Notes: generated by a model not told the origin, from the letters alone. Positions 20,985 through 58,276 are shown, counted from the stretch's first letter. The stretch is 64,000 nt of DNA from Amoebidium appalachense (GCA_963693365.1 CAVNZM010000013.1:4306722-4370721), one strand, 5' to 3'. Numbers and translations: made by a program.

Positions 20985-21576
20985 CTATGTCGACACTTCT
21001 ATCCGTCGTGTGCCTCTGGGGTGGTGCTAAGGGCACCACCACCGGACGAAAGGAGCCTGCAAGGTCTGAAGGACCGGGCAAACCCCAGTCATCATTTTTA
21101 TTGGGGGCTGTGTACTGAACGCGAGGCAAGCCTATGGCCGGGAGAATAAAACCTTGGACATCGTTATGGCACACCGAGGGCTTGGGCCTATGTCCTGGAC
21201 GAAAGCCCCTCCCTTGGGTTGCACACCTCGTGCAATAAAAATACAAGATTAAAAACGGTAACGAATAGAAATACAAGTTTAAAAAGTGATTATATGTGCA
21301 CCTGGGATGGTGGGTGGGGAGAACAACGAAAGACAAGAGCTAGAGAAGCTACTTATCATAGACGTGAATTGCTGGCTGATGCAATATGCTAATGGTGCCC
21401 AGATCGATCTCTGATTGGCGCATGCGGAGGTGTTCCTGGTGCCACCTGAACTAATCGGAGAGGCCTGGGCCGCCGGCTGTCGTGGGGGCTCCCGCAGCAT
21501 CTAACTATGTGCGGGGGCGCACCCTTCATCCGATCACCTAACACAACGGAGTCTACGTATGCCACAGAACACAATT
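20985..21576. mobile_element. About 590-bp insertion, possibly a solo LTR
   Basis: Present in the 20.9-21.9 kb unit but absent from the homologous unit at about 24.95 kb. Flanked by the direct repeat CAACCTT (20978-20984 and 21577-21583). Near-terminal TGT...ACA and internal AATAAA. Confidence 0.5.
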
Positions 21577-22134
21577 CAACCTTAACCCAGACACACTGAT
21601 GCATGCCAGGCACCCAATTCAATGGAGTTATTGATGGAAAGACCTTTGGACATAACCCTGAAAGTAAAGAACATTAAAAACAACATCGCGCGAAGCGCTT
21701 ATTAGTTGGAGCCCTAGCTCCTTATGACACAACATCACTTTGCCACCGTGATGTGACACACACACACACAGCCAACAACATGCCACTGTTTGATAGGCAA
21801 ATACCAAATTTAAATGGTTTGGTTGTATCAAAATGATTGATGATATATGCGTATTGTATCTCGAAACGGGTATTATGGTTCACCCAGGCACCTGCAATGC
21901 TGCCCAACAACCACAACACCAGGGCAATACTCTGTCTGCAAATCACATGAGTCGCTCGTGCACTTTAAGTTGAAAAACGGGAGGAGTGTAGAGGATATTA
22001 GGGGAAAGAGGGGAGGAGGGGGGGGGAGGGGAGGGCGGGGGGAGTTGGGGGGGGGGGGGGGGGGGGGGGGGAGGGGAGGAAGGGGGAGGAGCGGGGAGAA
22101 AACCTGGATCGCACTGTTGTTTGGAGCCAGGTGG

Positions 22135-22166
<32 letters not shown>

Positions 22167-22661
22167 ATATACAGTGGCAGTGGGGTAAAAAGGGGGGGGG
22201 GGGGGGGGGGGGGGTGGAGGAGGGGGGGGGGGGGGGGGATGGGGCTGGTATACTCGAAGATTACTGGCACCTTCTGATAGAAGTTGGGTCTTTTTGCTTA
22301 CGTGCATCCTCACCCTCGTCTGTAGCAAAAGAAGGGCATACGTTAAACTTGCTTGCTAATTTGAAACTTTGAAACTAAAACAAAAAATAATATAAAAAAA
22401 GGAAGAAAACGAGAGAACTTCGAGGAAAACAGTGGGGGGAAACAGCAACAGATAGAGCCGGAGAACTTGATAACAAGAAATTAAGGAACAAAAGGGGTTT
22501 TAAGGGGCGGCATGGAAGGGAGACACGTGAAGATGACGTCTAAAATGAGAGGGGGAATCCTAAGGTCCCCGTTCCCCCTCCCCCCCCCCCCCCCTTCCCC
22601 CTCCCCCCCTCCCCCCCCCCCTCCCTTTCTCTCAACTTTAAAACACATATGCTCCCCCCCC

Positions 22662-22764
<103 letters not shown>

Positions 22765-24801
22765 CATGAACAACCAGGGAAAAAAAAAAAGAAAAAAAGA
22801 GAAAAAAAAAAAAGAAAAAAGAAAAAGAAAAAAAAACCGTTCAATAATTTATCCACAATTGCTCTCCTCTCAGGGGCCCGGTTCCAATATGTAGGTGTGA
22901 GTTCAAGCACAAAATATTCCGGTTACGGAAATAAAAATCCTTGTAGGGGTCATGAATAAATCCAAATAATTCCTAAGTTATTCGGCTATGTATGCTAGTA
23001 TTTATGGGACACCATCTTACAAATGATTCTGCTTATAACTTGTCAAGACGGTGTTTCACGAGATGGTGGCTTATTGAGCTATATCATAGTGCGTGTCTCA
23101 ATCAGCTGAATACTCGTTCCCAGGCAGCCCCATGTGTTGAAAATCAACCCCCCCCCCCCCCCCCCCTTTCCCTCCCCCCTCCCCCCCCCCCCAACCAACA
23201 CACACACACACACACATACACCGTATCAATAGTGTAGCTGTGGCATACACAACTGGTCGTCGACCTCCCATGATGCATTGATTGTGTTCAGAACCTTTAT
23301 CACAAACATAGTCTCCCACAATCAAACACCTCACATACAGTGACCACGATATATCATCGTGTGGCTTGGAAACACCCTTTTTTTGGGCAGCAGCCCCTTT
23401 GTGAACGCTAACTTCACATTCAAGGGGATACATCTCGCAGGCGCACCAGCATGTGCTTGGGGCTGTGAAATAGATGCTGCCCACGGTTAAAGCTGAAAGA
23501 ACTATTTAGTGTTAATACTTCCCACCCCCCACCACCACACTCGCACACTCCCACCACCCACCAAATCATGCCCCCCCACACCAAGGCCTTTCGAATGGGT
23601 TGCTATTTAGGAGGCCTTCTGAAGTGTGAATGACCCGTAGTATTAATGTCTCCCCCCCCCCCCCCCTCCCCCCCCTAGTACAGAGAAAGCAGACAAGTCA
23701 AACAAGGGAGGAGAGGGAAAAGCACTTTCATAATAGCATGAAAGCACCTACAAATTAAACGAGCGGGGGCCTCTCAGCCCCCCCCCTCCCCCCCCCCCCC
23801 CTCCTTCCCCCCCCCCCTCCCCCTGCCTTCCTTCCCCATCTTGCACCACATCCCCCCCCCCCCCTCCCCCCCCCCCCCCCCCCCCCCAAAAAAAATAAAA
23901 AAAATAAAAATATATAGTACTGAAAATGGACCCACGAAGGGGTGATGGCCCCACTATTGGGATCATTGCACTTTATTGGCCGCTCCCTCTGGCCAATCCG
24001 GAAACACAACATGTGCCTCATATGCATGATATATATGTACATCATAATACAGGCGGGAGCCACCCCTTATTCATGGTACAGGGTGACGAGAAGTGGATAG
24101 GTGGGTGAGGAGTGTGGAAGAAAAGGAGGCCAGGGTGGCTAACGGAACAAAGGGAAACACAATACACCGGCCCACACAGCTACGGCACCAAGGGTGTGAC
24201 CCACTAGGGCAAGGAAACATCAGGAACCGATTACCTCGCCATTGAAGAGACCACTGTGCTAGTAAACCACTAGGGAAACCCACGATACTATCAGCTAGAG
24301 ACCGTTTTTCACGGCCTGTGGAGCAAACATATTGCACTAACGGTTTGTGTATGTGGGTGCTTGCGTTAAATGTGGTGGAGAGGCATGTTTTGTGTTGTGC
24401 GGGTAAAAAGCGGTCCATGCGTGTGTGCAGGAGGGGAGTGTCGTGAAGGTTGGGCATCCATCCCATATTTATGCTATGAGACCAGACCACAACATATTGG
24501 GATTAAAGAAACAAGGTTCCTTGCCGTGGCAGGAATTCAAATTTAGATACTAATCATTCGGCTGTTAGTAACTGAAGAGGCTCAATATATACTTTTTGCA
24601 CATTACCTTTCCTTTTTTTTCTTTTTGTTCGTTTTTGAATGTCATTGTGTCAGGCTGTGCTTCACGATGTGGTGGCTATCCCCTTTCCCATGTGTTGTTT
24701 TTTGACGACACAAATATCATTTCCGATATCCTACTGTGCGTCACAAATCCCCCCCCCACCCCCTCCCCTCCCCCCCCCCCCCCCCCCCCCCCCACCACCA
24801 C

Positions 24802-24836
<35 letters not shown>

Positions 24837-25316
24837 ATTCCAAAAAAAAAAAAAAAAAAAACAGAAAAAAAAAAGGTGAAAAAAGGTGAAGGCGGAATCT
24901 AAGACCTTGAATTACGTTTGCACGTTTGCTTTACTCATTATTGTCGGACATACTCTTGAACCCAAACACACTGATTGCATGCCCCAGGCACCAATTGGAG
25001 ATCAAAGGAGGTTTTGAGGAAAACCCTTTAGACATCATTATAGAAGAAGAAAACAATAAAAACGAAAACCCGTTTAAGGTGGAGCTCTGGGTCCTTCTAA
25101 CGCAACATCATTTTGCCACACACACACACAGACTACACACGGTCACTAACAGTGTGCCGTTACACAAGCAAAGGCCCAATGCTTTATCATGCATCGAAAC
25201 TGATCAATATATGTTTCATCTCTAAACGGGATTATGGTGTGGAAGGAGTGTTAAACTGACATTTAGATGCCAATGCCTAACAGTTTTACTCATTATAAGT
25301 TCCCTCCCCTCTCCCC

Positions 25317-25347
<31 letters not shown>

Positions 25348-25466
25348 CCCCCCCCCCCGGCCCCTCGCACACACATCAAAAAAAAACAAAAACAAAACAA
25401 AACAAAAAATAAACAAAATGGATCAATCATAAGGAAAGCTGAACGGCCATTCCCATTGGTTAAAAA

Positions 25467-30180
<4,714 letters not shown>

Positions 30181-31055
30181 TTTGAGAGAGTAGACTGGAC
30201 CCAAAAAGCGGTGGGTTATACGTAGTCGTTAATGTGAGAAAGGGGCAGAGTTTAGCTGCGTATACTGGAATAATATTAACAATTGATGTGCGTGTAAGTC
30301 ACCTTTTTCAGGAACCACAAACAAGGTGGTGAAAACGTGGAAAGATTTAAAGGTAGCGCGTGTCGGTTGAACAACCAGTTAGTTAGAAATACAAGAAAAC
30401 CTCGAACGAATGAATACACAAGAGCGGAAGTGAAAGATCTATGTGCGTATACGTCGGGGATTCAGGGCCTTTGCTTGAACGAATGTTGCACATGTATTCT
30501 TGAGTGATTTTGCTTTGCCAAAGGGATTCCTTCTTCCCTTTCCGCTTCATGTGAACGCCGGCCGTGGCAAGTTCAAGGCCTTGGGCAAGTTGCTCGGAGC
30601 CAGAACGGAATGCTGACGTCAGAGTAAAGAAGTTGCGTCATAGGACTCTTACTTCTATTTATGATTTCAAACACTGTCGTTGTTTTAAAATATGTATAAA
30701 CCATTTTTAAAGCTATACTTTGTATGTTAAAGTGGTCCTAGTTTTTTGGTGTTTTATAGCTGTTGCCGCAATATTTATCGAAGTTCATCAATGACGTCAT
30801 ACGCCTTTCACTGAGTAAATATTTCGCCAAGCCTTGGTTTGTGAAAGCAAAGCGCGCGAACGGGGTGCCACGAAAACGGAGCCGGAGGTTATCACTTTTG
30901 TGCATGTTACAAAAATAACCCAATAAAGCACTTATATTTAGCACGTGGTACAGCAGTTGTTTGACTAAATACTGCAAGCCTTTGAGTTATTTTGAGAGCA
31001 AGAGCAAGATCCCTCCTTTGTGTCAGTAACAACTCGACTACGTTGAAACGAAAAC
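30181..31055. promoter_or_regulatory. Putative bidirectional promoter of CRIPT and FIS1
   Basis: 875-bp repeat-free gap between divergent ATGs. Two full CRE palindromes TGACGTCA at 30614-30621 and 30792-30799. Confidence 0.55.
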
Positions 31056-34880
<3,825 letters not shown>

Positions 34881-35460
34881 AGTTACATTGTTTAATCAGA
34901 ATAAATTATTTTTTAGATTTAGTTTAAAAAGAGATTGTGTCGATTTGATTTGTGTTCCTTTCTGTTTCGGTTTATTTTTTTTTTTTTTTTTTTTTACCGT
35001 CTCTTTTACTGCAAGAAGGTGTTCTTAGACTAGTAGATTTTTTCCGGGGGAGGGGGGGGGGGGGGGGGAAGGGAGGGGGGAGGGGGGAGGGGGGGTTAGT
35101 TCCCTGCTTTCATGGGGGATGTGTGTAATGTAGGACACATACTTTTCTTTGTGGCTGGTTCCCCTAACGTAGTTTTAAACGATTGGTTTTCTGTTTAAAC
35201 GTTCTATTTTGTTATGTCCAGCCTGGGGAGGGGGGGGGGGGGGGGAGGGGGGGGGGGGGGGGGATGGGGACTAAATTGATCATGGTTGCGAAATTTGTAT
35301 GTAGTTTAATTTTACCAATCAATTTATCAAGATACAAAAAATATGAAGCATTATACCTCATTCCCTCATTTCCCATTTATATTTGGTCTTTTGAAACTTA
35401 CTGTGCCTGCCAACACTTCCAATTGCTAAGCTGAATAAATTGTAAATCGTAAGTCCCGTC

Positions 35461-35513
<53 letters not shown>

Positions 35514-35621
35514 ACACACACGCACGCACGCACGCACGCACGCACGCACACCCCAAAATCTCTCACGTGCGCATACACGCATACACATGCGCACGCACAC
35601 ACTTCAACAAACGTGTGCGCG

Positions 35622-35704
<83 letters not shown>

Positions 35705-36440
35705 CGCGTGCGCGCGCGTTTGATTCGCACGCACGCACACACGCACGCCGATGCACACACTCAAACATACACTCTTCATTCCCGATCAGAACAGCGACAT
35801 ACACACTAAGATGTGTGTAGTACTTGAGCTAATAGATACAGCACACCACAAAAAGATAAAAAAAGGGCAAGCTTTACTGCAAGAAACTAATATGTAGTAC
35901 TATATTGCTAATCAAGGGAGAATACAATAGCCAAATCTGGGTAGTTTATCAGTTTGTTGAGTGGCTAACATGATGGCTCCCAAAATTTCCAAGATTTTCA
36001 GAATCTCAATTTCTGGCTCACAGTCACAGCCTAAATTCATGCGTTTGATTTTTCAAAGATCTTTGCACCCCCTCGCGGTCTGGGGCGCAATCTAGGTATG
36101 GGGGGATTCTATTTGAACACAAGTACACGTGCATGGATTCGATGAGTGCACCAGCAAAGCGGCTTTAGTAAAATGCACCAGCGGCTTTAGTAAAATCACG
36201 TGTTTCGTTTTCATACTGAGATTATCTCGCATGTTCACCAACGTTTAAGTGTTCTTTGCACCCATAACCTTCTGAATACAGTTATCTCAGCAAAAGAAGG
36301 CTAGCTATCGATATACCAGCTGGCAGAGAATAGAGCGAGCTCAGACTATTTATTAGGCACAGGTTAGGACCCTACTGGTGAAAGGCGCGGAAAAGCATTC
36401 AAGCAGAACGGGCCTCGGCACAACATCAGTCTAATTCAAA

Positions 36441-46479
<10,039 letters not shown>

Positions 46480-46704
46480 TTGGCTGTTGCTATGGTGTAA
46501 AATTTAACGGGATGGTTTTATTGGTCCGTAGTGCTTATCTTTTCCGATGTAAATGCATATGTGCAATTTGGGGTCTCGGGGGATGGGATGGGAGGGGGGG
46601 GGGGGGGGGGATAGGATTTTGAGTTGCATTGAAGCCTGGGCATATTTATATGCGCTCGGTCGTGTACGCCGGCATGTGCAGGCACGTGCGCGCGTACCCA
46701 CACC

Positions 46705-46762
<58 letters not shown>

Positions 46763-47096
46763 CTAAGGGCAAACTATGGGACCGAAAAGAATGTATTGCT
46801 ATATTGTGGCCCTTTTTTTTTTTCCTCCTTCGATCCCATTTGATTTGGTGATGGTGAGGCTTGTGCAAGCCTGCGTGCACATGCCCCCCGGGGGGGGGGG
46901 GGGGGGGGGGGTTGTTAGCCACATGTATGCATTTTCGTGTTAGAAACGTGTTTTTCTGGAATCATCTGCAAAACGGCACATCAAAATTTACGATTGTGTA
47001 CGAAACAAGAGAAATCAAAATGTCCTGGTGACTCAAAATAATACAGGTTGTTCTACTATTGATTTTTTTTCCGTTTTCATCTTTTTTTTTTTTTTT

Positions 47097-47153
<57 letters not shown>

Positions 47154-47504
47154 CGGTGGGTGGGTAGGGGGGGGGGAGGGGGGTTAACGACCGTTGTGCT
47201 ATCGATTGAATGTAGGTGTGGTGTGTCATGCGGGTTTGGCTATGTGATTCCGGGGTCGGTACGGGTGGTTTGGGGGATGTCCGAACCTACGTGCAACGTT
47301 CACATGACTATAGCTCCCCCCCCCCCCCCCCCTTTGCCCTGGAATCTATGGGCACTTAGACTGATGATACAAACTTCCAGCCGCAAAAGTGAGTGGACCT
47401 AATCTTTGGAGATATACATATTGCAGGTGTACAGAGCAAGATCTTAGCGACCCTTTACACCAGACTATTCCAGAACCTACAGTAGTAACTGCAAAGCACA
47501 GCCG

Positions 47505-47630
47505 CTTGCACTGAAAACGGTGTCCAATCAGAACAAGGCAGAATTTGCGATACGATTGGATGGCGGTCTAAATTACTCCTGGCCGGCATAGACCGCTCTT
47601 TGTTCTGATTGGAGGCCGTTTTAGTGCAAG
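47505..47630. mobile_element. Small hairpin or MITE-like inverted repeat
   Basis: CTTGCACTGAAAACGG..TCCAATCAGAACAA pairs with TTGTTCTGATTGGA..CCGTTTTAGTGCAAG; inner GCGGTCTA/TAGACCGC stem. Confidence 0.6.
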
Positions 47631-47679
47631 AGGGAGGGGGGGGGGGGGGGGGAGGAGGAATCTAAACTACTGGTAGATA

Positions 47680-51300
<3,621 letters not shown>

Positions 51301-52071
51301 CAGTAGGTGGCCTTGGAGACTACAACAGTCTGTGCGGTACCCCTTGTGCCAGCCTCGACAACTTCATTTTTTTCATCGATATCATGCACACAGCCGGACT
51401 TGGGCTAACCTTTTGCTCTTAGCATACATAGCCCTGGTTTACCTCATACAAACCAACAATACAATAAAAGCAAAAAAAAATACATCAAAAGTTCCGTCTG
51501 TGCAATTGTGACACTGGTCCTACAGGTGGCGCACGTGCAGCGTAGTGATTGGACAAACGAGCACTCTCGGGATGGTGCAGGCAGCCAATCGCTGTATGGT
51601 TTCACCTTGATGTGGGTTCGAACATTTCCTTTTTTCTTAAAACTTTTGGTAGGATTTTCTCTATTCATAGAACTATAAACCCCCTCTAGCTGTATTGTAA
51701 CAAACCTATTTTTTTTTTGCATAATGTATTTCTTTATTTATGACAGACCCCGGTGTAACGATGACTCAACTGAGTCGACTCGAGTGACAGAGTCGCGCGC
51801 GCCGTGGCCACAAACACATAAACGTACCACATTACTGTACAGTACTTGCACCTTCAAGTACTAGGTCGGGATTTCCTTATAAGAGTTACTTGAGGCAACT
51901 ATTAATTTTGCACAGTATTAGTACTGCTAGCTGACTACATGTCTGCTACAGGTGTCTCTCTATGCTATCCCCTCCAGCGATAAGTGTGACCGTAGTAGAT
52001 GAAAACAATAGTGTGCGAGTAAAAAGTGTGTTTTTTTTGAAAAAGAAAAAAATCGGTAAGCTACGGACAGA

Positions 52072-53553
52072 ATGGACCCGAATTCAGTTCTCGGAAAAGG
52101 AAAAGCGAAGCCTTCCACAAAGGATCACCTGAAGGCTCACATGGAGGGCGGGACACTTAAACCCAACTGTGAACCTGGGCACCTGATAGAAGACTATGTT
52201 CTCGCGATTGATTGCGTGCGAGTAGTGGAAAGCGATGGAAACACCACGAAAAATGCAGAATTTCAGGAAATCAAGGAAGACGAAGAGAAAAGCTCGCGGG
52301 CGGCGGTCGATGAAAACTTGAGGGAATACAATGCAAGGAGGAGGAAGAGACTGAAAAGGTAACTTCTGATAGTACCCTTTGATACCCCTAAGGCTTCACA
52401 CTCTAACATGCACACACACGCACCTACACATGTTCACCCCGTCACCCTGAGATTGCAAGCACACACAGTGGCACACTTGTCATATTCTCACAGAACAGGC
52501 ACATTCTCATACGTGTGACCGTCGTGTCCGTCGACCTTTTTTTCCACACCAACATACAAAACACTGGGAAGTGCGCATGCACGTGTGTGTTCCACATATA
52601 CTTGCACACAGCGAGCACAGAATGCACGAAAAGACATGCTCCACTACACGCATGCTATAAGCGCATGTGCATTCGCGGACGTTTGCACATGTAACAGTAT
52701 TGTTAGCATAATGATTAGTGCAATGTTTTTGTTGGTACACTATTGATAACCACACGCGCCAAAAACACACCCCAAAGAAAATGCGGCCGAAACCTGCGTC
52801 CGCCATGTCTCACAACGGCGAGTGCACGCATTTTCGGCACAAAATGTATTATGGCATTAGAAACTGAAAATGGCGGCTTGTAGCTTATTGTCAACAATAT
52901 TAGCCTGCATCATTAACTCCTCCCCCCTCCTCCCCCCCAAACCCCCCTCTGGACGGAAGCTTTCAAACTATATCCCCCCGGCTTTGTCTATTAGTGACGT
53001 ATTGTGCTTTTGGGTTGAGGACGCTTGACTTGTTGTCGTCTGGCTTTTTTTTTTTTTTTGTTTTTGTTTTGTAAGAGTTTCCTTCGTTGTTCTAATTTGC
53101 GGGGTTAGGAAGGCGGGTACAGGGGGGGGGGGGGGGGGGGGGGGGAGGGGGGGGGAGGGGAGGGAGGGAGGAAGGGGAGGGGGTGGGAAAGGGGGGGGGG
53201 GGAGGGGTTGTGTGGGGGGGGGGGGGGGAGGGGGGGGGGGTCCAAGGATGAGATGAAATTTAATCGAAACTGAAAATGAGAATGCAATGGTCCGCAGGCA
53301 GTTTTCTTCTTGGTTTTATAAAACTCAGAAATGTGGCATATGCCAGCAGAGTCCATGCAAGCAACCAACTACATTGCACCTGTACATACAGTTGATTAAA
53401 CATCTATGGTCACACAAACAAACACACACACACACACACACACATTTACACATACACACACACACACACACACAAAACACACACACATACCCACACCCAC
53501 ACACACCTACCCAAACACACACAGGCCCGCACGTACACACGCATACACTTTCA

Positions 53554-53634
<81 letters not shown>

Positions 53635-53799
53635 GCGTTGACAGAGAAAAACACACTTGTGCACACACTGCACATCCTCGTTCTCACACGACGTTACCCA
53701 CACATTTCAAATGCACTCGCAACCTCACTGAAACACCCACACGCTCACACCAATACACCCACACCCACCCACACCCACCCACACACAAACACACGCACA

Positions 53800-53833
<34 letters not shown>

Positions 53834-53875
53834 AATACACCCACACCCACCCACACACAAACACACGCACACACA

Positions 53876-53909
<34 letters not shown>

Positions 53910-53948
53910 CCACACTCACACGCACGCACGCACGCACGCCCGCGCACG

Positions 53949-53981
<33 letters not shown>

Positions 53982-55259
53982 ACGCACACGCACACGCACA
54001 CACGCACACGCACACACACGCGCGCGCGCACACACACACGCACACACAGGTACCTTCAGCAGACCTTTCTCGCGCATTTTGTGGTCCTCATCATTGCCCT
54101 CGGGGTGGAGATTTCTTTTCTAGTTCTGTGCGTAAGTGTAACGAACAAAGCCCCAAACCGAGTGCTCCAAGTATCGCTAAGCCAAGTTAAAGCCAGCATA
54201 AACCACCTGAATAATATCAAAGCACAGCCATTGATCAACCAAACCGAAATCCAACAAGCGCAGCTGGCCGTCGACACGTCCATCCAAACGTTCCGCGATC
54301 TGATTGTATATTGGAAGGGGTTAGCCGACACCATCTTCAAATATGAACTCGCATATACAGCTGTGGCGACCTTGGTTATGTTGGTGGTCATCGGAATCGT
54401 ATTTTTGAATCGCAAACATCCAGCAGTGATATCCCGCGGGCCCATCTACCTAAACATCCTATTCGGGGCTGGCATTCTATCAGGATTTGTTTCTATTTTG
54501 CTGTCTGCAGGGTGCCTTCTGCAATACGACCCATATCCGATCGATGCCGATTACTCCGATCTCGCAGTAATCGATCAGAAGGGGTGGCAGGCGGCCTATG
54601 TCTACTATGGCGTGTTTGCATGTGCAACTCTCCTGATCTCGGTCGTGTTTTCGGTCATGTTCATGCGCCAACATATGATTGCCGAAATTTTCGATCGCGA
54701 CACAATCACGACAAGCCCGGTCCTCAAGACGTCCCAGACGAGATATCTCCTGGTGCTAATCACGGTTTCCTTTTTGGTCGGAATTGCAACGCATACAGTG
54801 TGGTTGGTCAAAGATCAGTATCATGTATCCGGTCATTGGTACGGCATGATCAGCACGGTTGTTTTTGGATTTATGTATGCGCCCGGTCCCGTATACTTCA
54901 ACATTCGCGCCAGAAACGCGTCTCTGCAATTCAACGATTTCTACTGCAATATGCGGATAATTGTTGTCGGCGAGGCTGTTTTCGGATCACTCTGTCTGCT
55001 TTCCTACATTGAACCGATGCATCTTTTTGCTGGATCCGTGGGTTGGTCATCGCTTACGCGATTTATTGTCTCTCTTGTCATCTTGGACCAGTTTTTCACC
55101 CAGGCGATTCAGGCGAAATGGGATACCGAGAAATTACCGGAATTTAAGAGCATTGGGGTAATTACCGCTGTGAGAGCACGCCGACTACCCCGTGCTCTCT
55201 CATCGAACCAACAAACCTCAACGCACCAATTGGGACAAACGGTAACCCCTCTCCCCCTC

Positions 55260-55290
<31 letters not shown>

Positions 55291-55696
55291 AACAAAAAAA
55301 ACAAAACAAAAACAAAAACACACACACACACACACACAAACACACGCGCGCGCGCACACACACACACACACACACGCACACACACACACATCCCTCCACT
55401 GTCCCCATTTCCCCCTCAAAACATCAAAAGAACATATAGTGTTGGGATACGCACGGGCTTACCTTCATACTCATCGATGTGCCATACACCCTTGCACGAC
55501 ACACACACAGACATACACACACACCGCTGCTTGGCTTAGCACACGGAGACACACGTGCATGCACACACACACAAACGTACAAACACAGCCGCTCAGGTTC
55601 ATGCGCATGCATACCCAAACGGGAGTGCAGGTACGTTCGACACACGCACCCACACACGCACACGCACATGCACGCGCGCGCGCACACCCACACCCA

Positions 55697-55743
<47 letters not shown>

Positions 55744-55754
55744 ACACACACACC

Positions 55755-55830
<76 letters not shown>

Positions 55831-55879
55831 ACAACAACAATAATTACACACACCACACACACACACATACACACACAAT

Positions 55880-55960
<81 letters not shown>

Positions 55961-56298
55961 AACGCGCACACAGACACACCGCACACACACACACACGTAC
56001 ACATGCACACACACACCAAAAAAAAAACAAAAAAAACAAACGAAAAAAAACACAAAGCACAAACAAATTCCAAACTTGTATGATCTAACAAAACACATCG
56101 ACGCACACACCTTCACTGCCCCTTCACCCCCTATAAGTTGTCCAATCCTCTTTCCTCGGTGATTTCTTAGCCAATGCCACGTCCTCTTGCGTTTCTTAGG
56201 CCCTCTTGGTTATCACACCTCAGTCCCTTCGTCTACCGATTTCACGGGAAGTGATGAGTAGTTCGAACTGTGTGGAAGAAGGAGGAAGAAGCCGGGGA

Positions 56299-56338
<40 letters not shown>

Positions 56339-56465
56339 AGGGAGGAAGTCGGCAATTTATTGAGTCTTTGACCCCCCCCCCCTCCCCCCCCAAACTAACG
56401 TACACACACACACTACTTGCCTACCTGCAGCTGAATTTTCAAGACACGCACAGACACACACGCAT

Positions 56466-56507
<42 letters not shown>

Positions 56508-56689
56508 CTCACTCACTCACTCACTCACTCACTCACACTCACATAAACATCCACACTCACTCACACCCCACGGCCACCACTATTCCATCCCCACTAATTT
56601 CAACTCCTCTCGTACGTTCTTGTACTATCCCCCACCACCACCGCCACCACCACCACCTCCCCCGCCTCTCCCCCCCCCCCTTCACACAT

Positions 56690-56763
<74 letters not shown>

Positions 56764-56764
56764 G

Positions 56765-56810
<46 letters not shown>

Positions 56811-56951
56811 CTCTGAACAAGCCAGCCTCAACTACTCCTCCTTTCCTTCGGCATTCGAGGCTTCAACCTCTTTCATTTCACACTTACCTCTCTTTTTTCC
56901 CTGCAGCTTGCACCACCGACGGACCACCTTACTGCAACACAGTGTGACTGA
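52072..56951 (+). CDS. Class C (GABA-B/Grl-like) GPCR-type 7TM protein with an extra N-terminal TM helix and no Venus-flytrap domain
   Basis: Exons 52072-52358 and 54050-55241 splice in frame (493 codons). The last exon is uncertain (56907-56951, or one starting at 56171). Class C-like motifs: ICL1 [22 protein letters not shown]3 end [19 protein letters not shown]3 [11 protein letters not shown]. Confidence 0.72.
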
Positions 56952-57110
56952 CCGATGAGCGTGCTTCTATGCCAAAATCTAGATCGAAGTTTTTTTTCTC
57001 TAGATTTTTTAGATTTTAGACTCTGGGGGGATGAGACAGACAGCGAATAGTGGATGGGTATGTGGAACTGCTACTGCATGATTTTATGATTGCTTGTGTG
57101 TGTGTGTGTG

Positions 57111-57143
<33 letters not shown>

Positions 57144-58223
57144 CGTGTGTTCGTGTGTGCGTGTGTGCGTGTGTGCGTGTGTGCGTGTGTGCGTGTGTGT
57201 TGGGTGGGGGCAGGGGGGGGGAGGGGGGGGGGAGCGGTCACGGTACGTGTGTTCGTGCATCGTATGTGCCTGCGTTCGTTCGTGCGTGCGCGCACACGCC
57301 CGTGTGATAACATCAGAAGTATGAATGGTTGTTTCCTGTTATTTAATCTATTCAATTTTCCGGTTGCAAGACCCCAGAGAATCCTCATATTAAGAATGAT
57401 GTAGTCCGTAATCGCACGATGGAACTCCCTACTCTACAACCGTAATAATCTCCGCGGACACTTGTTGCCGTACTGGCTTAATTAGTATATGAATTCAGGA
57501 ATCAATTTACCTGAATTTTTCAATTAGTATATGAATTCAGGAATCAATTTACCTAAAATTTTCTTCTTTACTTTCAAAGTTTATTTATTTTTTTTTTATT
57601 TTTTTTAGAGCAGGTGTTAAGGTTTGGGATTGTGAGGAATTAAGGCCCCCTGGGGAAGGGGGGCTGGGCTGGTGGGGAGATTGGGGAGCTGCGAGGGAGG
57701 GAAAGGGAGAGTGTTTTTTTTTTTTTTTTTTTTTTTTTTTTGGGGGGGGGGGGGGGGCTAGGTCTTGTTTAGCAAGTTGTACATGTTTGCCTCCTCATTG
57801 TTTACTATCGAATGGGCATTCACACATCTCCTGCCAACTCTATGAATGAATGTATTGATTAGTGCGACATATATTTATGTATAGGTGCCACTATATTGGT
57901 TGTACATAATACAAAAATAAAAATATAGTAAATAGATAAAAACGTTGTTTATAGTTTGCAATCTTTTTTGAGCCTCAGGGTTATTTTTTATTTCATGGCA
58001 AAGCCCGTATAGGGACTGTGTACATATGATCCGGTGCCAAAGACGTTCTTAATGTTATTTAACTCTCAAGAATCTCAAACTTTAACAAAGGCATTAGCAG
58101 CATTACAAGTATCATGATGGCTCCTGCTTGACTGATATTACTAATATTATATTTACCCCTCGCTGCAGCTGCTGCCACGCGTTGCACACGTCTCCTTTAC
58201 TACCTTCCTTCTCCCTCCCCCCC

Positions 58224-58276
<53 letters not shown>

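Noticed and set aside
21010-21210. Possible hammerhead ribozyme (GGACGAAA motifs next to hairpins)
   Set aside because: No correctly placed CUGANGA core or three-stem junction could be found.
53406-54049. His/Thr-rich N-terminus of the 677-aa ORF as a metal-binding domain
   Set aside because: It is translated (CA)n intron sequence. The real exon starts at the CAG acceptor at 54049/54050 and splices in phase to 52358.
57480-57555. Short direct duplication AATTAGTATATGAATTCAGGAATCAATTTACCT, and a similar one at about 36160-36196
   Set aside because: Simple two-copy slippage duplications with no further structure.
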